64,000 nucleotides of DNA from Chrysomallon squamiferum (Eukaryota > Animalia > Mollusca). The DNA lies in assembly GCA_012295275.1 (NCBI GenBank), contig CM022677.1, positions 15,438,001 through 15,502,000 of the forward strand, in the 5' to 3' direction. The translations under genes were made by a program, and so were the position numbers. Positions within the stretch are counted from its first letter, which is position 1. The number at the start of each line of letters is the position of its first letter. Under the pieces are notes generated by a model, which worked only from the letters and a program-made list of their open reading frames with translations, was not told where the DNA came from and searched no databases. Below, one piece after another: positions 57,725 to 64,000 of the stretch.

Positions 57725-57977
57725 TAATTTATACTCAGTGATAACTGTTCTTTGTTTCCCTTCTTTTCTTAATGTAAATTTTAATTTATTAATTTACATT
57801 TTGTTTTGTGTCTTTGTAATTCCTTCTTTTTTTATTTTCTTCTTCTTATTATTATTACTACTTTTTATTATTTTATGTTTTATTTTTTATTATTATTATT
57901 TTTTTTAATCTTTATAATCTTTTTTTAATCATTTAATTTTTCATTATTAATATTTGTTTATTTTTGATGATTTCTAG

Positions 57978-58689
57978 GTCATATGGAGAAAATATTCCAA
58001 ATTTATTTAAAGAATTTTCTATGAAAAATCAGATGTGAGTGAAATATTTGATACATTTCTCATCCAGCTACACAGTCTGACCAGAACCACTGTGTAGAGT
58101 GCAAGTGCTGCTAGAATACTGTAATATGGATATATCGATGGTTTATATTCAGCATGGACAGGAACAAGAAGGAAAGGACAGAGCACCACTGAAGTCTGCT
58201 GTTTTGTGAAAACAAGCTGATGCTGGTGAAAATACTTCATCTGCTACGCTGCCAAACAAAATAACTTGGTAGATGACTGTTATGGGTATGCATGACTGTA
58301 GCAAAGACAATAGACAGGAAGTTGAGCAGCAGGTGACGTCTGAGCTTGCATCTCTGATAATGAAGCTGGATGAGAAGATAAAGAAAACAGAGAGAAGAAA
58401 ACAGAGGTTGTAGCTGCAGTGGAATAAGATGGTACTCGGGAAGGCAACATTCATGAGAGTGATGTCTCACCATATTGACAGTTTGAAGGACCGAGCTAGT
58501 CCTGTACCTGATTTAGAGTGGTACCAACGCACCCAGGTCCCTGTCCCCTACTTCATCATCACAAAAATTCATTTTCCAGAGAAGGGATACAAGAGACTAT
58601 TGATAATGTGAATCAACAGTCTGGTGTCAAGTGATGTGTCAGGCCTGTGTTAGAATGTTTTCAGTGGCAGGGTATGTTTTTTATTAGTT

Positions 58690-58730
<41 letters not shown>

Positions 58731-61700
58731 CATATAGCATGAATGAGAGAGAGACATATAGCATGAATGATAATAAGCAAACAAAATTACATTTATCAGA
58801 CAAATGTAGATTCATTAAAAAAAAAAAAGAATCCAGTTCATGTTTGAATTTCTAAAAACTTTGTTTACCATTGATGTTAAATATTTTATAGGTCATTGCA
58901 GTATTGTTCAGTTGTTGTCTAGAAAGGAAATTTACGTCATGGAGAAGGATGAATCAGCTGTACAGACTCTGCAGACTGCACAATTCAAAGTTGTGAGATT
59001 TTATCTTATTTTTATTTCTTTGAAAGTAAAACAAATTTTAGAGTAACAACTCTTTACAGATTGTAAAATACCATAATAATAATCATTTGTTTCCTGTTGT
59101 TTTGTTAATTATTTAAATTATTACCATTAGCATCATTATCTTATAATGATTATACAAAGTATATCAAAAATATCCCACACCCCTTTGTGTCTGAATAATC
59201 CAGTAACTGGTACCAGTAGAATTTAAATTTTAATAATAACAGAAACATTAGTTATTTATTTATAACATTTTATTATTTTTATTATTTTAGTTGTATTTTT
59301 ATTTTCAGAATACACATACAGCTCTAATTGATGTGCTGATGTTTGCCAGTGAAGTTGTTTCAGTAGAAGGTGCTGTCCAGCACTGAGGATAAAGTTTGTA
59401 CTGCTGCCACTGGAAAAGAGAAAAAAAAAAGAACAGGTGAATTTGAGTTTGTTTTCTTATTATTCTAAACCTAATGAAGTTTAATTTAATTTAAAGTAAG
59501 AAGTTGCATTTTGTAACTAATATATCAATAAGTACACATACATTAGTATTTTGTAACATACACTACATTTTATATCATGTTACATGTCTCTCCCTCTCTC
59601 TCTCACATACACACACATGTGACATACACTTCCATTCATATAGACCTGATTAGTTTGTTGTAAATTTCTATATTTTAAAACAGAATATTTTAAAATGTTT
59701 AACTTTCCTGTTACCAGACACGTTCCTATCACTATTCTTTTAATGACAGACATACTAAAATACATTGGAGATGGACACATACATAACTAAAAAGGTAAAG
59801 AAACTGCTCTATACGCAAGATGAGCTAATTTACCACAAGACAGAAATGTCATCAAAGAATATGGCATAAAGGAGCATCTATAAAGGTTGTTATTGTTATA
59901 GTAATAATATTAGTCATTTCTGTTGTTGTAGTAATGTAGATGTTACAGCATTAGTACTTGTAGCATTATTAATAATAGTACTAACAGTAATGTTGCAGAA
60001 TTGACTTTGGTGATGTTTTATTTGATGATGCTGTCTCCATAGCTTTGTAATATAATGTACCTTGTGAGACTCATGGTGATTAAATAAAACTGGTTGTAGT
60101 GGTGGTACTATTAGTATTAATGGATGGTCATTTTAGTAATAGGAGTATTATTTCAATAACAGTAGCCCTAGTTGAATAAGGAATAATAGTAAATATTAGT
60201 TGTAGTAATGATGATAATAAAAATAGATTAGTAGTGTTGCAGTAAATGTAGTAGTAGCAGTATTTTATTTATATTTTATACAGTATTTTATTTATTTATT
60301 TATTTATTTACTCAGATGAGGCAGCGCACCCAACAATTAGACTCTGAACAGTCAGTCATCCAGTCTCTAGTCCAGTGTCAGCATCGACTCAGTTGTGTGA
60401 AAGTTCTGCCGCTTTAGTGAACCTTGTCTGAAAATGGGTCTTACAGCACTTTCAACTGAAGTGCAGGCTGAGGCAGCTTGAATCAATTTTGGTGACCTGG
60501 ACAACAAATCTGACTTTGAGAGTCTTCCGCCAGGTCACCAATATCAACTGTCAGATGTCAGGGGAAAAACTTGAAAACTTTGAAAATGCTAAAACCAGAG
60601 GAAGACAAACATTAAAACTTGACAGATGACTGTGATGGCTGTGTGTGACAGTGGCAAAGGTAAAAACCTGGAAGTTCAGCAGCAGGTGACTTAGTAACTT
60701 CCATTAGCATTGTTTTATTTCTTTTTAGCTTATATTTGTACTAGGAGTAATCAGAACAGTTTCATTTCTAACTCACAAAAATTACGTGGCTTAAGAAATA
60801 ATGTTGAAATAAGTTCATAAATAATGTTGAAATAAGTTCATAAACAAAAACAGATCTATATTAATTTTGTTAAAGGTGTTTCTAATGAAAATTTTTACTT
60901 TGGCTTTAATTATGTGATTCAAATTCATCTTAGTTTTATCACATGTATGTGCAATGTTGTCTTTGTTTCAAATACATTTTAAAATATACCTTAATGATCA
61001 TTTTTGTAACTGTTACCTGAATGCATAGGATAATTGTGGTTTATTTATAAGACAAAATATATTTCATTAATGATAAAAATTAAATTACATTAAAGTGGCA
61101 GGAAAGAATATTAGAATTAAATGTTTTAATTAATCAAATAATTTGTTACTAATGATGTATAACAATTGTTAAGGTTAATTAAAGATTGTCAGAATAACCT
61201 CAATATGTATTTTCATCATGTTAGTATTTCAAGTAGAATTAGTATTAGAAGACCATTTTACTTACTGACTAATGTAATTGCTACGTAGGTTTAAAATGTT
61301 TATTTACTTAATATTCCTGGCAGTCATCGTAAACTGGACTAAAGGTCTAAAATACAGTGTAAATATCAAATTTTACCAAGTAATAGAAGTATTCAAATAT
61401 ATTAAAATATATTTTTCATAATCTCTTTTGTATTGCTATTTTAATCCTTTTATATAAAAGTTAAAACAAAATTATTTTTATTAAAATTACATGAAATGCA
61501 ATTAGGGTTGACAAAAAAAATACTACTTGCACTTTATTTTATGATTAGTTTATTAATGAATATTATATTTTGTTGTAGGATCCTCGACAACAGATTCAAG
61601 CTGCCTCAGCCAGCACTTCAGTTGAAAATGTTGTAAGACACATTTTCAGAAAAGGTTCACTGGATAGATCACCAGAATGCTATTACATCACAGTCTTCCC

Positions 61701-61760
61701 TGTCCAGAGAAACACTTTCAAGAGAAAATCTGTTTGAAATGTAAGACAATAAAATCAATC
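57978..61760 (+). pseudogene. Gene X copy 3 (older, more diverged paralog of the 5' exons)
   Basis: 58912-58992 LLSRKEIYVMEKDESAVQTLQTAQFKV corresponds to LSKKGIYIMEKGESPVTETILMQTAPF*V. Also 59315-59385 matches 45940-46010, 59400-59460 matches 45190-45250, and 60310-60580 matches 42295-42530. Extra exon-like blocks lie at 57978-58672 and 61580-61750, the latter ending near AATAAA. Confidence 0.65.
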
Positions 61761-62130
61761 TAACTTGAATTTATAAATATTGAGAAAATCATGGAAAAAA
61801 AAGAGAAATCTGAAGGGAAGTAATTTTGAAAACTCAGTGATCTCCAAGCGACTGCATTGTCAATGTGATCAGAACATCCAGTGTACACATTGTACTTCAA
61901 ATAATAATCAGTACAAAATGGTATTTAATGTTTCAAAGGTAAATTAAATCAATAATCAAAAACAATAATCAAAATGGAAAATCATGTTGAAATGTTTTTC
62001 AGTTTCTTAAAATAAAATAAAAAAATAAAGAATAGTCTGTGTTTTTATTTTTATTATGTATATATTGATAAATCTCTTCAGTATTTGTTGTCAATCAGCA
62101 GAAGATAATCTGATTTAATCATTATTTTAT

Positions 62131-62167
<37 letters not shown>

Positions 62168-62236
62168 TCTTGTTGATTTTATGAAAACAATCAAAGCACT
62201 AGAATCAACACTAATGATGCTGAATGGCATTCTTTA

Positions 62237-62305
<69 letters not shown>

Positions 62306-63392
62306 TATTTACAAACCCGTTAAATAGAGTTATTTCCCTTAGACCATTAATAGATATGACATTGCATATGCATTAATGGTCTAATGGAAATAACACTATT
62401 TAACGTGTTTGTAAATATACAAGAAAGACTGAGCTAAATTTGATTTACTACTTTTAGATGTATTCGGCTAATTATATATAAAAAAATATATAAAAAATTG
62501 GGAGCAAAATATTCCAATATTAAATTCAGCAGTTTCAAAAGAACCAGTTTCCATGATTTGTTGGTTGATTTTATTTATTATTATTACTTAATTATTGTAA
62601 ATTTCCTATTTCGCTTAAAACCTTTCTTTTCCAATTTCCCCTTGAATAACATCAATGAATTCTCATACACTATAAATCTTAATCAGTCAAGATCACTGTG
62701 CATAATGTTACTAATCAAACTGAAGTTTATTAAATAGGAAGCATAATTACAATGGCGTTTTAAGACAAAACTAAACTCAACTTTTTGTAAGAATGCATTC
62801 CAGTAATGAATTCTAGTGACGTATGCATTTAAGATTTTGTATTATGAACCCATTTCACTTTTATTTGATGTCAGAGACTGTCATAATGAAGCCATAATGA
62901 AGCAAATTAATTTTAAACATTTTAAATTTATTAGTATTATTATTATTATATACATACACTTTTTCATTTTAATTTTCTTTAAAATAAAAATTACTGCAAC
63001 TCTTTTTCTTTTTTTTAAATATTGGTTTTAATAGAGCTCAAATTATATTTTAGCCTGATTCATTTCAGCTTTTTTCTAATATCTTTTAACTAATTTTCAA
63101 CAATTCAAAAACAATATTTGTTTAAACCAAACAACAATCAAAACACTTAGAACTTGTATTTATTTATTCATAAACAAGGACATTGTCTTTCACATACAGA
63201 AGTTCTCTGACAACAAACACATTAACTCTTTCTCGCATATAACATGTCTGTACCAACTCATCCTTTCACATTCACATCTGTCTGTCTTTCTGTCTGTATC
63301 TATTTCTCCTACATACCCATGCCTCACACAACGCATACAAAAATTCTAATTTCCTTCAGTACACACACACACATATACAGAACTTGTGAGTT

Positions 63393-63434
<42 letters not shown>

Positions 63435-64000
63435 AATTTTCTTTTTCTAACAGCCAAATATATATACCCACATCTGTCCATGTGTTTCTCTATCAATCCA
63501 TGAATTCTACAGTTTTAACAATTTTTCTGTCGCCGCCTGCTTCTCTCTATGAACAGTCGAAACTAGTTATTATTATTATTGTGCTATCTTTACCTTTGTG
63601 TTTATATGCTTTCAGTGTATCTCCTATCTAACTTACTGTTTCAGTGTTGTGTATTCGTTTTAAAATAAATCATCTTAAATTACTTTTGCAATGTTGATTG
63701 TATTATTGTGTTTGCGTTTCTTTTTATGATATCTGCTTTGGTTTTATATAATATTCTCAACAAGTTGAATATTTCTTATTTAAAATCTTAATTTAATAAT
63801 AAAAATGGAGTAAAACGTATTTGAAAAGTGTCACGCGAGGTCTCCATTACGTCGTCAGTTTTACAGTCTACCATGTAAAACAAGTTTCTGAAGCGAAGAC
63901 AATGTTGAGTGGAATATTTATTTTTATTTTTTTTGTTTTAAATTAAAAACACAGGAAAAGGTGAAGATTTTGACATGAATATAAATTCTCATATTACTTT
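61705..64000. repeat. Outer inverted-duplication arm, right (mirror of 21373-23631)
   Basis: Homology starts abruptly at cagagaaacactttcaagagaaaatc and continues to the window edge. Confidence 0.97.
62307..62416. mobile_element. Mirror copy of the 110-bp hairpin/MITE
   Basis: Same arms and loop as 22971-23080. Confidence 0.85.

Overview
This is very AT-rich, microsatellite-laden animal genomic DNA with spliceosomal introns, most likely from a mollusc or related invertebrate (inference from a perlucin-like lectin and the repeat types). Almost all ORFs in the supplied track are simple-repeat artefacts. Main content from left to right: (1) a ~1.76 kb non-autonomous Ginger-like DNA transposon (TGTTAC termini, TATA target-site duplication, Cys-rich integrase tail) with nested LINE debris and minisatellites; (2) an intact 4-coding-exon secreted C-type lectin gene on the minus strand (168 aa, QPD/WND), surrounded by minisatellites made of AP-1, E-box and splice-acceptor motifs; (3) an orphan duplicated leader exon and a frameshifted EPN-type lectin paralog; (4) a spliced leucine-rich-repeat pseudogene (minus, ~23.6-29.4 kb); (5) an unidentified multi-exon pseudogene family ('gene X') in three copies, one carrying an L1/Tx1 endonuclease relic; (6) a large inverted duplication across a 200-N gap (30.6-40.9 kb vs 47.5-56.4 kb, and 21.4-23.6 kb vs 61.7-64 kb). 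In that duplication the intervening cassettes differ, so one 3' terminal block is joined to two unrelated gene bodies. It may be a true palindrome or two haplotypes scaffolded head-to-head. I found no CRISPR array, tRNA, rRNA or prokaryotic operon. Identities are estimated by eye, not computed.
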